The notes under the pieces: generated by a model | What the model was told of the DNA's origin: nothing | What the model saw: only the letters and a program-made list of their open reading frames with translations | The model's database searches: none | Made by a program: the position numbers and the translations under genes | Part shown: positions 28,396-41,594 of the stretch, one piece after another | How positions within the stretch are numbered: position 1 is the first letter of the stretch | Layout: each line of letters begins with the position of its first letter | Source of the DNA: Raillietiella orientalis | Lineage: Eukaryota | Reading direction: 5' to 3' | DNA: 64,000 nt | NCBI GenBank assembly: GCA_036172245.1 | Contig: JAYWIR010000044.1 | Coordinates: 1,488,001-1,552,000 of the forward strand

Positions 28396-30369
28396 GTAAT
28401 GCCGGTGTAGTGTGGGTCCTCGGTGTCCGATGGCAGCGTTGCCAAAGGACACCGCGATGGAGGTAGTCGTGAAGGAGGCGAGTCCTCCCACACCACCTAC
28501 AGATGTGGGGGCAACAGCCCCAGGACCGTCTTTGCAGCCTGCAAAGAGTTGGAACTCCAAGGTCGCCGTCCCCAGTGCGAAGGCTTTGGCCGAGGAACCT
28601 GCCTATTGGGCCAGTGGATACAAGCCATCGCTTGTGTACAAGGTAGGCCCTTTGTTTGAAGGCAATACGGCGCGCTCTTTCAGCAGAGCGCTGCAAAATA
28701 CAAATGTGCGTAAGGAAGATTCGGAAGGTCTGTCCGTGTTCAGCGGGGTGCTGCGCGTTGAGCTGGTGTGTAAGAGCATCAGCCTGGCCGATCGCCTTAT
28801 TAATACCTCGCTGATTATGGACGGCCGTAAGATCTTCCCGGTATCAATGGACCACTCGGTAGTGCTCCACTTGACAGGAATATCTAAGCGCATGACGCGC
28901 ACTTTCGTCAAAGAAGAACTAAGTAAATACGGGGACGTACACGCGCTGTGGCCGAAGCCCACAATTTTTGAGGGCTACGGGCGCAACTTCTGGGGCTTTG
29001 CCGCGGCACGTGTAACTCCAAAAGACGATGGGAAGCTTCCCCACAAACTTGAGGTCGCGGGAGAACCGGTAGACCTCTGGTATGCGCGCAAGCCACGGTA
29101 TTGCGGCTACTGCGATGCGGTCGGACACATCCGAAAAAGGTGCCCAAACATCGTATGCTACTTGTGCGGCGAGAAGAGAAACGTCCGTCGTGTGTGCCCC
29201 AAACGCCCCACCGCGATTCCCCCGTCCGCCAAAAAGGCGCAAGGGAAACGGGCGGGGAAAGAAAAACCGGAACACCGGGTAATTGGCCGAGAACAGCTGC
29301 CAGGAACCCAATCTCCAAGCGCGGCGTCGGAGCAAAAGCTCCCCGAAACCGCAGAAGGAGAAGAGGGCTGGCAGCTAGTCAAAACCAAAAAAGTGAAAAA
29401 GGACAAAGATGTCCCAAAGAAAGGAGAGAAGACCGCGTCCGGAACAAAACCGAAATCCGTGCCGCGCGTAAAAACTCTTTGCGAGTGCACGGTTACGCAG
29501 GAGCGCGTTGACGCTCCCGCCGACACCACCCGAGGCGATATGCCTTCAGTCTATGTTCCCGCTGCAACGGATGCGCGCGAAAACCCATCCCCTGCTTGCG
29601 CAGAGGATTAGCCGGGCGACAAACTCGCCGAAAGCGAGGACGCAGCCTTCGAGAAGGCCACGGAGGAGCTCGCGGCAACGCTTGCGGAACGCGAAAACGC
29701 TTCGCAGAAGGGGCTGCGTAGGCCGGCAGCGGCTAAAATGGTCCCCGCAGGTGAGTCGGACCGGGAAGGCGGAAGTGCATCCATCTCTGTGGAAGCACCA
29801 CCAAAGAAAGCGGGGCGAAAATCCCAGAAACCCCGAAGGTGCATTACACCTCCGAGAGAGGGGGATGCAATGGACGAAGATCCAGTGGACGGCAGCGTGG
29901 GAGCCCAAGTCAGGCATCACCCACGTTCGGAAGCCGACGAGGAGACGACTCCAATAAAGGAGGGTGCACAGGGGAGAGCAATGCCCCCTGAAACCGCCGA
30001 ACCTGAACAACCCGCACCAATGGATGTGGGCGAACAGGTAGGAGAAACACCCACTTCGCACGAAGAGCCGGAGACGTCGGCATCTAAGAAGGATGAGGAG
30101 TTGGTGGGCGAGACGCAAACCCCGTAGGGCGACCCGCCCCAAAAGGTGGCGGGAGTCCCACCGCCAGGTTCCCAGGAATAACACCTGGAATCGCCTGTCG
30201 CCGTCGGATCCGCGTGGCCTGTTGGAACGTCAACGGGCTGCGCGACGACGGAAACAGTCGGGACACAGCCGCCACCTTGCGAAAATTCGACCTGGCGCTT
30301 CTGCAGAAGATCCATGTGATCACCGCCAAAGACGTCCAGGAGATCAAGACGATCGCGGGGATCGGTTGT
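28396..30369 (+). mobile_element. 5' part of an element: ORF1 (28430-30181, with internal disruptions) and start of the endonuclease
   Basis: CGYCDAVGHIRKRC and CYLCGEKRNVRRVC knuckles; ACWNVNGL...LALLQKIH. Closely similar to 45646-48378. Confidence 0.92.
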
Positions 30370-33300
30370 TTATCATCCGGGTGCGCCGGGGCGTTTATTA
30401 TAAAACTCGCCGGAAACAGAGTTCCCGGACAAAGGACACACAAGAGACGAAGGGGGTGGGATCCCTGACACGCAGGTCGGTATACCGAAAGTCCGGAACG
30501 GAAGGGAGGGGACCACAAATACACTAATACAAAAAATAAAAATAAAAATATGGAGGGCAGGGGACAGGGGTCTTTGGTACGGCCGTTCCATCCTTTCAGA
30601 ACCGGCGATAAATGCCGGCGATCTCTCTCCTCACGCCTTCTGGTAAATGGGCCAACTCGGCAGCCGACGACATGCTCGCTCTGGCAAATCCGGTGGGCTG
30701 ACGAAGGATGGCCAGCTTCTCCAATTCTCGGTGGGCCTTATCGATGGTGCAGGTGCAGCACACGGTTGCAACGACAGCACCTAAAGACAGGCCGCCTGGC
30801 GTGAAAAAGCGGCGCATCAAGTCTCTCGCGGTGTCCCCCTGGTGCAGGAGAGCTGAGGTCAGCCTCCGCCACAGTTCTAGGAGGGCACCGCAGTCCAGGA
30901 GCAGGTGCGGGAGCGTTTCCACTTCCTCGCACCGCTTACAGTTTGGACAGACAACTCCCCCGGAAACACGGTTCGTGCGCTGGTTGGAGTGAAAACCCCA
31001 ATGCACCAGCATGATCACGTCCTGTTTCCAGTTTAGAGGGAACACAGAAGTGTTCAGACACGAGGGAGGGACCACAAGTTCTTCGGGGGGCACACTCAAG
31101 TGTTCACTTTCACTCCACCGAAGGAGTCCCTTCGAGATGTGGCGAGGCATGGCGGCGTCTGCCAGCTCGCAAGTCCTCCAGCCGCCAATAGGTCGTGTTG
31201 TTCCTGTGATGGTGCAGGCGACCTCCCATCTCGCCGGTTCTCACTGTCATCTCTTGCCCTGAGGGCTGACAGCGCGTCGGCGAGGGGCGTGACGGCCAGG
31301 AGAGTCCACTTCTCCTGGCTGTTGCACACCTCATCCACCGTGCAGTACGGGGAGAGGTAAACGCAACGGAGTTCCAGTTCGCGGGGCGTACGAAGGTCGA
31401 TCCCGCGTTGTTTTTCAGAAGTTTGGCCGCCCTCCGAAGCTGAATTTCGCAGTGGCAGATCGGCCTTCGGAGTGCAAAGTAGGACGAGAGTCCCGCGTTG
31501 CCGGTTGCCAGCTCGACGAGGAGACGTGAAGGGACGCTCCTAGGGGTGCACCAGTTCTTTGCCATAAAGGCAATAATCTGGAACTGGAGCTGAAGCTCAA
31601 GCCGCTCCAGCGTCAGGAGGCCCAGACCACCATCTCGACGCAGAGCGCACAAATTCGCAAGACGGACTCGGGGCCTCCCTCTTCCCCAAAGGGCAATCCT
31701 CAGGAGGCCCTTCGTCCTCTTCTTTAACTCCGCTGAGGGGGGGCAAACAAAAAGCAAGGGGCGAAGGAAAGGGGCCGCAAACGCGTTCCACACCGCGGCT
31801 TGTTCCTGCAGGAAAAACCTAACGTCCTGGAACGAAACGATCGCCGCCTGAGCCTTCTGAAGGCAGACGGACCACGCTTCCGCAGGGGAATAATCCTCCA
31901 ACGGCACACCAAGGAACTTGAAGTACCTCACCGGAAGGATCCTCAAACGGACCCAGTCCTGCTGCCCTACCCACGCCGCTGCGACTGGCATCACGGACGA
32001 CTTCGCCGTGTTCACCGTTAGTCCTGTTCCCCGACTCAGAAGGTCGAAAAAATATTCGACTGCCCTTGCAGAGGCGGACATTGGGAGCAGGAGCAATAGT
32101 TCGTCGGCATATGCGGACACGGCAGGCATGCCGGGGCACGAGCTTGACAAGGCAGTCAGAGTCATCCTGTATCTCTCAGCACCAACTCGAAGTAGGTGCT
32201 AAAGAGCAGGGGACAGGCTATCGCCCTGCCGACTCCCGCGGCACAATGGCACGCCGTACACGTTCTGTTCTCTAAAACAAATGTTTGTTAGCGCGGCGCG
32301 CCAGCAGGAGCACAGGTACGCCGTTAAGGTAAAAAGGAAGCCCATGCAGTGCAAAAGCTCCAGGAGAAGCTCCTGGTTCTCGCAGTCGAACGCTTTCTGA
32401 AGATCGACTGCGATCGCTAGGGCACCCTTGGCCGCTGGGCTGTCCCCACCCTGACCAGTGGTCACCCTTAAATTGCGGCTGCCCAGAGATGCCTTGCGTT
32501 CTTTTACTTCTTCTTGCGCATGGAACCATGTGCTGGCGAAGAACAGGTTAGCCTCCATACTTCGCCCGGGAACAGTGTAAGTCTGCTCCAAGCTAATTAC
32601 GGATTCGGCTACCTGTCCGAGCCGCGCAGCCCATAGTTTCGCGACCAACTTGACGTCCGTATTCACGACAGTGATCGTACGCAAGTTGGTTAGCTTACGG
32701 AGGTCTCCTTCCTTAGGAATGAGCCTCATCCTTGCTGACCGGAACGAGGCGGGAACATCGCCTTCTTCCCAGATCAGCTGTGTCATTCTGTGCATCAAAG
32801 GGGTCAACTCTGCTGCGAAGCTTTGATAAAACTCCTCGGACAGGCCGCCCTTTCCTGGAGCCCTGAGCCTCTTTAGCATACCGATGGCCGAGACGATCTC
32901 GTCCATTGTGATAGGCTCGTCGAGGGTCGTTCTCTCCTCCTACGCGATCGCTAAAGCGCCTTCCAAAAGCAGGAGTCGTGAGACGTTCCTCTCCGGAGGT
33001 GCGCTGGCATACAAAGAGGAGTAGTAACTCCGCAGCAGACCGCGGATTTGGGCGGGTGCCGAGTGCTCCTGACCCTGATCGTCCAGCAAGCTAGCCGATC
33101 TGGACTGCCAGGCTTGCCTCTCGGCTCCCGCTTTGTATTCCGCCAGCCTGCGGATGTCGGGGGTCCTGGCGTAACGACAAACCTGCAGGGAGGCTCGTTC
33201 GTTACGGACCCCGGTCCCAAAACCCGTAGGTAGGCGGTGCAGAGGGAACTGGTCGCAGAACTCCTCGACCGACCGCTTAAAGCGGGCCCAATCCTGGAGT

Positions 33301-33955
33301 GTCCGCAGCCTGAAGCTCCGTATGAACGTGCGTAGATGTTCCGCCGCGTCCGGGAGCTTCAGCCAGTCTCCTGGGAGACGCCACGCTGACGAGGGGGGCC
33401 CCTGTCGCGCGGATGTATCTCGAGGACTAGCGGGCGATGGTCGGACAGCTCGCACGGTAAATTGCCGCGCCTGCCCACGCGAGGGCACAGGTGCTCGTCA
33501 AGAAACACGTGGTCAATGCTATCTTATATCCCCGGTGCACTAACCAACAAATTACAGGTGTGCACCGCCATGCACACCTCGTTGACCGGCTCACGCTCGG
33601 GATTCTGCCCATCTGGTTTCAGGCGAACGTTGAAATCGCCTGCAACCAGATGGGCATTCCGCACGCCTGCATCGGTCAGCCAGTCTCGCCGGAGGGCAAG
33701 GAAAAACTCTTTCCTCGCCCGCCTGGTCATCAGGTCCCCGCCGCTCGGTGCGTACACGTTCGTGACGATCAGATCGATCGAGTCGGACTACCTGAGAGTC
33801 AGCTGGCCGACACGACCGTGATCGTCAAACCGCCCGCCCCGAGCCGCGGCCTCGACGGCTGGCCGAAGCAGATAGGCGACACCGCAACTTTTCGGTCTTC
33901 CACACCTGTACCACAGCCGCCCTCCGGAGATCCGTCCGATCTCCTGCGCTCGTAC
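30370..33955 (-). mobile_element. 3' part of an element: nearly whole degenerate ORF2 + 3' UTR
   Basis: AGDFNV, DHVFLD, RLIPKEGDLR, DLQKAFD, RQGDSLSP, YADE, RDGGLG, CKRCEEVETLPHLLLDC. Ends AATAAACGCCCCGGCGCACCCGGATGATAA. Confidence 0.93.
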
Positions 33956-35312
33956 AGTGCAGACGTGTTTCCGCGTCTATCCACGCCAACGATCGGGCAG
34001 CTTTGTGCCTGCGTTTTCGCTCGCACTTGTGTGTTCCTGTGCAATCTGCCAAGTAGCATAGTGCAACATGGCCAGTACACAGGATAGTGTGGAGGAGCAA
34101 GCCACTGGATGCACTTCAGCTGCACTTGAAGCGGCCGCATCCTCCGTAATGGTTTCCTCGCCCCCGGTGAGGAGTTACGCCGCCGTTACCTCCCAAAGAG
34201 CAGGACCCTGCGATGCGGAGTTTCAGGCATATGTGTCATCAGCATACATGCCTGCATTCCGTTATAAGGTCAGTGGGCCTCTTAACGGGAGGATCGGTCG
34301 TGAGCTCAATGATGAGCTCGTCCGGATCGGCGTTCGCGAGGAGGAACTCCTTGCCATGATGCCTGCTGGCAGGATGGAATATACGAAGATTCGGTGCAAG
34401 AACTCAGTATCTGTGCAGCGCCTTCTCCGTACGCCGTTGACCATCAATGGCAAGGAAGTCCTACCTACCGCGATGGACGACTCTTTTGTCGTTCAATTGT
34501 GCGACATCGAACCGGAAATCTCCTACCGCGATTTTGTAAGTGTGCTGGCGAAGTTCGCCACCGTGCACGCCCTGTGGAGGAGGCCGAACCCTTTGAAGGA
34601 TTTCTCCTCTGTCCACATCGGACAAGCCTCCGCGGGGATCACCGTCGCGAACAGGCGTGTTGTGCCTGAGCAGCTGCAGGTGAACGGCACGGTCGTTCAC
34701 CTGTGGTTCATAGGCCAGACTCGCGCGTGCGAGCAGTGCGGCAAGGATGGGCACCGAATTAAAGAGTGCCCCTCTCCAAGATGCCGCTATTGCAAAGATT
34801 CCGGGCACGAAATCAAAAAGTGCCCGGTACTTGCAAGAAAAAGAGCCGCAGAGGAAATTCGTCGGGTTCAAGAGACCACTGCACGAAAAGCCGCAGCGGC
34901 AGATAAAAAACGTCGTTTGCAAAAACTCGGAAAAAACAACGAGCGATCCGCGGATGAAAAGAAAGCATCCCCGCCCGCAACGCCCCGAAAGGGGAAAGTC
35001 ACGGCGGGGAAGCCAATTAAAAAGGGGCGCAAGGGTTTGACGCGTGCCGTGCCTTCCCTCTCTGCCGAACTCGCAGGCACCTCTCCCAGCCAGGAACCAG
35101 AAAATCTCCGTAACACCCTGGAGGGAAAGGTAGGAAAACAGGAAGATCGCAACAGTGCGAAGACTTCCTGCCCCGTTCCGTTGTCCCTTCCGAGTTCCGG
35201 AGAGCCCCACTGCAGCGCAGGCCCCTCTGCAAAGGCTACGAAAGCCGTAAAAAGCAGCGTCGTGAGGAGCAAAAGCACGCTGCATGCAGTCTACCCATCG
35301 CCGACTCGGCAG

Positions 35313-38300
35313 TTTTCCCCAAGTCCCACAAGGGGTGAGGTAAATTTATTTTTCTAAAATTTTTCTATAAAAACATTCACACTACAATCTCATCCATACC
35401 ATTAGCACTTTTTTTTTACCACTATGAAGTCCTTGGGTTCTCACAAGTTCTGCACTCATGGTGGGTTTCCTGCTGTTTGGTCCTGGGCGTCGTCTTCTAT
35501 CCTCTTCAGGATGAATCGGTACGTCCAGGCTTGGATTTTCCCACAGTTTCTAATGCCGATTTCCCTCTTCAGGAGCCCTTGTAGGGTCTCCATCGGTGGT
35601 GCGGCTCTTCTGGCTTTCCTCATTTTCCACCACCACACAAGTATGGCGGTGATGAAGAGGGCGATGGTCGTACTCACCATGGGATTGTAACAGGGAAGAT
35701 TACCATCTCCCTCAAACATCCCGGCGAGGATCTCCATTACGGACCTGATGGAGAGTCCGATGATCCTTTTCAGGATCAGCCAGTCATGCAGCAATGTGGG
35801 ACACGTCAAGACGTGAAGTCTCGTGTCGATGTCTCCACATGCTGTGCAGTCTCGAACTTCCCTTCTTCCGGTGTAGTGCTGCAATCGGGACCCACTCTAG
35901 ATTCCTCCATGATAAAACATCAGGAGGTCATCCTGGGTGCCCGGCGGAAGGTCACTCCTCCAGAGCGTCGTGCCAATCGCTAACAGGTTGATCCGGTCAC
36001 TACCGTAGCGAACGGCGGCTTCCTGGAGGGCACTAATATCACTGTGTTCTTCTTGAATTAGTCTTCGGAGGTTTGTTTTGGTTAACCTGGACCAGGCAAA
36101 GTCGTTGTGGTTGAACCACACTTCGCGAGTCATGTCTGTAAACCTTCCTAACATCATCTCTGTATACCTAAGTATTCGAGTGTGATGTAGGTACCCTCCT
36201 CGTTTCCACTCCTGGATTCGTTGAAAGGTAACTCTGGACCGCTGGTGGATCCAGCTTCTCGTGTCCGGCGGGACAGGAAGCATCCAAGGGATCACCAGGA
36301 TGGACTCGTCCTGCCAGAGTTCCCTACTTTCCGTTCCCTTTCGCACCAGGCGTTGCTTCCTCGTCCAGGTTAGGTCGATTTTATTGCATTCGCCTGCTCG
36401 GCCTAGCAGCGCAGTCATCAGGCCTTTCGAGTTGTTCAACGACAACGCGTAGGCCCTGTGCGCCGCATATGGCCAGTCATCCCAGTGAGTGGCAATGTCC
36501 AGGATGTGTCGCGTATCCATGATTTCTATGGAGAGTGCAAGCGACTTCATCCCGGAACCGCCTTCTTCCCAGGGACGACACAGGGGTTTTAGTCGGACTC
36601 TTGTGCGATAGTGGCCCCACACTGTGTTTCTCTGCAGCTTCTCGAACTCCCTCGTGGTGTCCTTGTTCATCCTCGCGAAGGCCGCTCCAAAGCGCACTCT
36701 TGGAAGGAGTACTCCGTTCCATATGTTGGCCTTTCGCTTCATTCCAAGGTCTGTTCGAGTGTACTTGGCTGCTTCCTTGGCCGTTTACCCTAGGATCTCG
36801 GTCCACAATAGCTTCGACGCGGAGACGTCGCCAATGTAGACACCCAGGTACTTAGCCTTGTCCACCGTTCGGAATCCTCTCCCCGCTAGAGCGGAGAGAT
36901 CAAGGATTCCAACGGGCAAGAGCTGGCTTTTCAGGGCGTTGATCTTTAGACCCAGGCCTTGATCCATCAAGTCTACCACATGCAGAAACGCTCGTTGATT
37001 CCTCTCTCCCTAGATAAAGAAGAGTAGATCTTCAGCGTATGCCAGATGGGTAAGACGCTGGCCATCGATTATTATGCCTCGCAGTCGTCCGCTCTTCTCG
37101 CTAAAGGACGACAACCCCTCCATGTTGATGACGAACAGCATCGGACTTAGCGAATCGCCCTGCCGGACTCGCCGTCACATCCGGATTGCTGCCGTTTCCT
37201 GGCCGTTGATTTTGATTTGGCAGTACTGGTTCTGGAGTACCACCCTCACGAAGTTGCTGAAGTGTTCCGGAAGGCCCAGCTTCTCCAGAACCTTCAGCAG
37301 CATCCCATGGTCGATGGAGTCGAAAGCCTTCTCCATGTCAGTGAACACCAGCGCTAGGTTCTCGCCGACGTATCGGCTGAGTCCGATGGTTTCCTGGGAA
37401 CACTTGACATTGTCCGACATGTGACGTACAGGGACTGCACACGTTTGGACCGGAGAGATGAGCCTCGACATGACCTTGCCTAAGCGGTTGGACCAGATCT
37501 TCGCCAACAACTTGGCATCGGAGTTCAGGATCGAGATTGGCCTCCTTGGAGCGACCTCCGTGAGGTCGCCTCCTTTTGGCAACAATCTCATCCGACTCTC
37601 GTAGAAGCACTGTGGAAGTCTTCCTTCATCGCGGATGCAGAGGGTCAACTGGTGGAACAAACGCAGGAAGGCATGCAGGTACCGCTGATAGTGAGTGATG
37701 GGTACGCTGTCAGGGCCCGCTGCCACGTCCTTGCGTAGTTGACTAAACGCAGTGTTCACCTCGTCTCCGGAGAATTCCACCTCCAGTCTGTTCCGCTGGA
37801 GATCGTCGGTCCTCTTCTCGAGGTAGCTCAGAAAGGCCTGTTGACTAGAGCGACAGAGATGTTGTCGCCTAAAGTGTTTCGTGTAATGCCTGTGAAAGGC
37901 ATCCACGATGTCCTCAGACGACTGTCGCTTTTGACCGTCGTACTGGATGCAGAAGATATCTGTTGCGAGATTTCTCTTCTCCAGCACGCCGAATTCCCGT
38001 TTGATGTTCTTGAAGACGTACCGACTCTCGTACTGATCGAAGTACTTTAAGAGTGAACGATCTTGGATGTTCAGCTCCCGGTACGCCTCCGGCTTCAAGC
38101 GCCTATCCCCGAACTGGATGTTTGCAAACAGGTGTATCCTGTGTTTCGGGCAGTCCCAGTCGACGACTCTTCGGATTCTTGTTGCCTTCAGATTCGTCTC
38201 CAGGACAGCCTGATGTCCAGGATGGGTTTCTAACCAGGCGGGCATGCTGATGAGCGCCGCCCTGATGCCTTGGCTCCGCCGAGGATTCTTCGTTCTTAGG

Positions 38301-40926
38301 GAAACCCGCACCAGGGGGTGATCGGACACCGTGGTAATAATGTCTCGAAAACCCTGGATGCGATTCCCAAGTTCGGTGCTGTGCAGGACGTGATCGAACG
38401 GCTTGTGACTTGCAGTTCGCCACACCAGTACGAACTCTTCGGATAACCGCCGATACGCCGTCCTTTCTCTGGCGTCTTCGGAGTGAGTGATCTCATCCAA
38501 TATGTTGAGATCGCCAGCAACAATCACGACGTCCTTGAAAGCAACCTTTTCACGAAGTGCTGCATGCAGCGCCTCCGCACAACGATGTTTTAGCCTGTGC
38601 GGCCCGTACACGTTCACCAGGATGAGGTGAACAGTAGCGGACCAGGCCAGTCGCACACCGATGATTCGTCCGGGTTAAGGACAGAACACTTCTAGAATAG
38701 TGAGGGTCAAGTTGTTTTTGATTAGGACTGCCACACCCTGCGTGTTCCGTTCTTCCTCGCTGACGAACATCTGCCCGTTGAATCGCCGTTCCATTTGCTG
38801 ACTAATCTCGAGACCCATCTTGTGGGTCTCCTGCAGGCACACTATGTCTTGTTGTGCGATGGTCCGCAGAATCCTTTTTCTTTTTCCCTGGTCGACCAAA
38901 CCGTTTACATTCCAGGAGGCGATGTTCAGCCTCCTGGCGATCAATAGGGAAGAGGCCATAAAAGGGGAAGTCCTATTTCTTGGCCTTCCTGAGCTTCTTC
39001 TGTCTGAGAGAGCGTGCTCTTCCACACAATGAAGAAGCAGCGGGCTTCTCGCTGCCGGCGTCACTCTCTGTTCCGGTGAGGTCGGTTACTTCCGCCTCCT
39101 CCGTCGAGTGTTCGCCCGGCGCGAACAGTTTTCGAGATAGCGTCTCTATCTCGACCTAGGCGCAGAAGTTCGCCTTTACGTCGAGAAGCTGTTCCTCTAG
39201 GTTTTCGCGCTCGGTGACCTCCACAACCTGGTTGACCTCCTGTGGATTGCAGATCTTCTGCAACATTTTCTCTTGCTGGGGACCGCTCTGCACCTCTAGG
39301 ACTTCATTAGCCAGTGATGCCAGCTCCTCCGTAGATTGCAGGGCCTCCTGCGACACCGGAGTGGCTTCGGCTATTTCTTCTTCCGCGCCTTTCTCCGCTT
39401 CCTCCATCTTCTCGCCTTCTTGCTCTTCACCTTCCAGGATAAGAAGAGCTTCTTGCTCCTAGACGAGCATCCTCCTCTTTCCTTTCTTCCCTACCTGTAT
39501 GAAGCCGTCTTCCGATACAGGGACGGCTTCTTTCACCTTCTTCGGCCTTCCTGCCTTCTGAGGCTGTTCCGCCTCCTTAGTGTTTCTCTCTCTCACGGGA
39601 GAGAGGCCTCGAATCCATCTGCAGTTTGCAAACTCCAGACAGCTCCATTTGGCATGTCCGTGTTTCTTGCAGAAGGAGAACACCTCCACCTGCGGGCAGT
39701 TTCGGACTTCATGTCCTACTTTGCCGCAGCGGAAACAACGACAAGTTGGGCAAGCGCCGGCCCTGTGGCCGAACTGCTTGCACCCGGTGCAGAATATCGG
39801 CTGTTGCCGGCAACGCACGTTTACTCCCTGGGATTGTTTGTCAAGAACGGCTAATCCAGGGATCACAGCTCCCTCTTTCAACTTTATTTTGGCGATCATG
39901 TCGCCAGAAAATATGTTTCCAGAGAAGTTCTGGAAATCAAGGTTTAGAACTTCCCCATACTGCTCCAAAAAGTTCCACACCGTTAGTTGCGGTGTGAGGA
40001 TGGAGATGCCGTTCAGAAAGACGGTTGTGTATGGCATTTCGCCAATACCACAAACCATCCGACCTTGTATATTGATCCCCTTCTGGATCAATCGCTCTCT
40101 TAATATTTCACAGTCTGTGAAGACTGTGAACCCATTATTTGCCGGTATGATCGCCTGTATGCGATCAAAATTGATATCCGTTTTATCAAGGGACAGATAC
40201 ATTTCCCTGATATTATTAAATTTGATCAGCCGAGTCTTGAAAATAATGGGCTTCACATTCGGCCCTAATTCCACGATTGGCCGATCCACCTTTTGGACTT
40301 TGCCGCATAGCGGCTTCCCGAATTTTCTTGGTGGGTGGACACTCGCTTCTCCAGCCGCCACCGACGCATAGGAAAAGGGCTGCGCCGCCGCAGCCGAACA
40401 AGATGGCGTCTCTCCCTGAACCGCGTGGATGCCCGCGGGTCCTGCCTGTTACGCCGCCGCCGCGAACGCAACCCTCGACGTCGCCACCGTTGCCGCCGCG
40501 GGCGGCACCCTCGGCATCGCCGCCGCAGGTGCGGCCTTCCCCGCCGCGGGCACGATCCTCGGCGTCGTTGCCGCGGGCACGACCTCCGCAGTCGTCGCCG
40601 CGGGCACGACCCTTGGCATCGCCGCCGCCGGCGCAGCAAAGCCCGCCGCGGGCGCGATCCTCGGCATGCCTGCCACCGCCTCGCCGTTGCCGCACGTTAC
40701 CTCCATGGCTTCCATGGGGGACGACGATGTCTCCACTCCTCCTCCAGGTGCCTGCATCCTGGCAGCTGGTCTTGCTGCACGGGACGACTGCAGGTCTTCT
40801 GCCGTGATCTCCTCGGCGCTTCCTTTGTAGTTTCGTCTGGAAACTTTCCCTCTCTGGGCACACACGAGCACAATCAACTGATTAGTTCGTCGTGCGCACA
40901 ATACTTTCAGCCGCGAAGCAAGTTCA
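35313..40926 (-). mobile_element. Full-length L1/Tx1-type element of a different lineage, nested with a 12-bp TSD
   Basis: TSD CCGACTCGGCAG at 35301-35312 and 40927-40938. ORF1 (~40757-38950) has CTGCKQFGHRAGAC and CFRCGKVGHEVRNC. ORF2 (38959-35456) has IASWNVNGL, VCLQETH, AGDLN, SDH, DMEKAFD, YAED, CTACGDIDTRLHVLTC. Several stops and frameshifts. Confidence 0.95.
40480..40672 (-). repeat. Degenerate GC-rich coding repeat (PRxxPAA units) in ORF1 of the nested element
   Basis: Recurrent GCCGCGGGC(A/G)CGA units encode MPRIAPAA / MPRVVPAA / AEVVPAA / TPRIVPAA / MPRVPPAA. Confidence 0.8.
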
Positions 40927-41594
40927 CCGACTCGGCAGGAGAGAAGCGATCTCCCGACTGTCAAGGTGACTCCGTTGCCGCCTTTTAGAGGCGTGGCGAA
41001 AGCAACGCCCCCAGAGAACGCAGCGAAAATCCCGGAGGTTTCCGCAACTACTGTCGCGGAAGCCTCCAAAAATCGCGAAGGCGATTGGAAGGTTGTGGAG
41101 AGGAGGAAAGAAAAATCTCCAAAAAAAGCTCCGCAACATCCATTCCTGAGCTCTTCCAAAGGAAAAAGCAGTCGCGGGAATACGAAAACACGCGCGGCTT
41201 GTGCCTCTTCCAAGGAAAAAGCCAGCGTCTTCAACACGTGCAAGTCCGCTTCTGTGACCGCCGAGAAGACCATTCCGGTGCAAACGGACGGATGCAAGCG
41301 CACGTAGATCGTGCGAGCATCACACTCGGCAAAGGAGTCCGATAGCGACGCTGAACGACGCGTTACTCGCGCGGAAGCGAGCGCCCGCAGGGCTGAATCC
41401 CTGAGGCGTGACACACTCGCCGCGGAACAACGAGTGCTCACCCCGGAACCCACAGGTTCTGCACCCGGGGAGAAGCACCCGATTACGTGCAGCACAGTTG
41501 AGGCCGGTGGCGACCGCGCCCTCCAGTCCGTCGTGCTGCTTACCGCTTGCTCCCCGGAGGAGGCGAGCACCACGGCCTCGGTTTCCCAGCCGTG

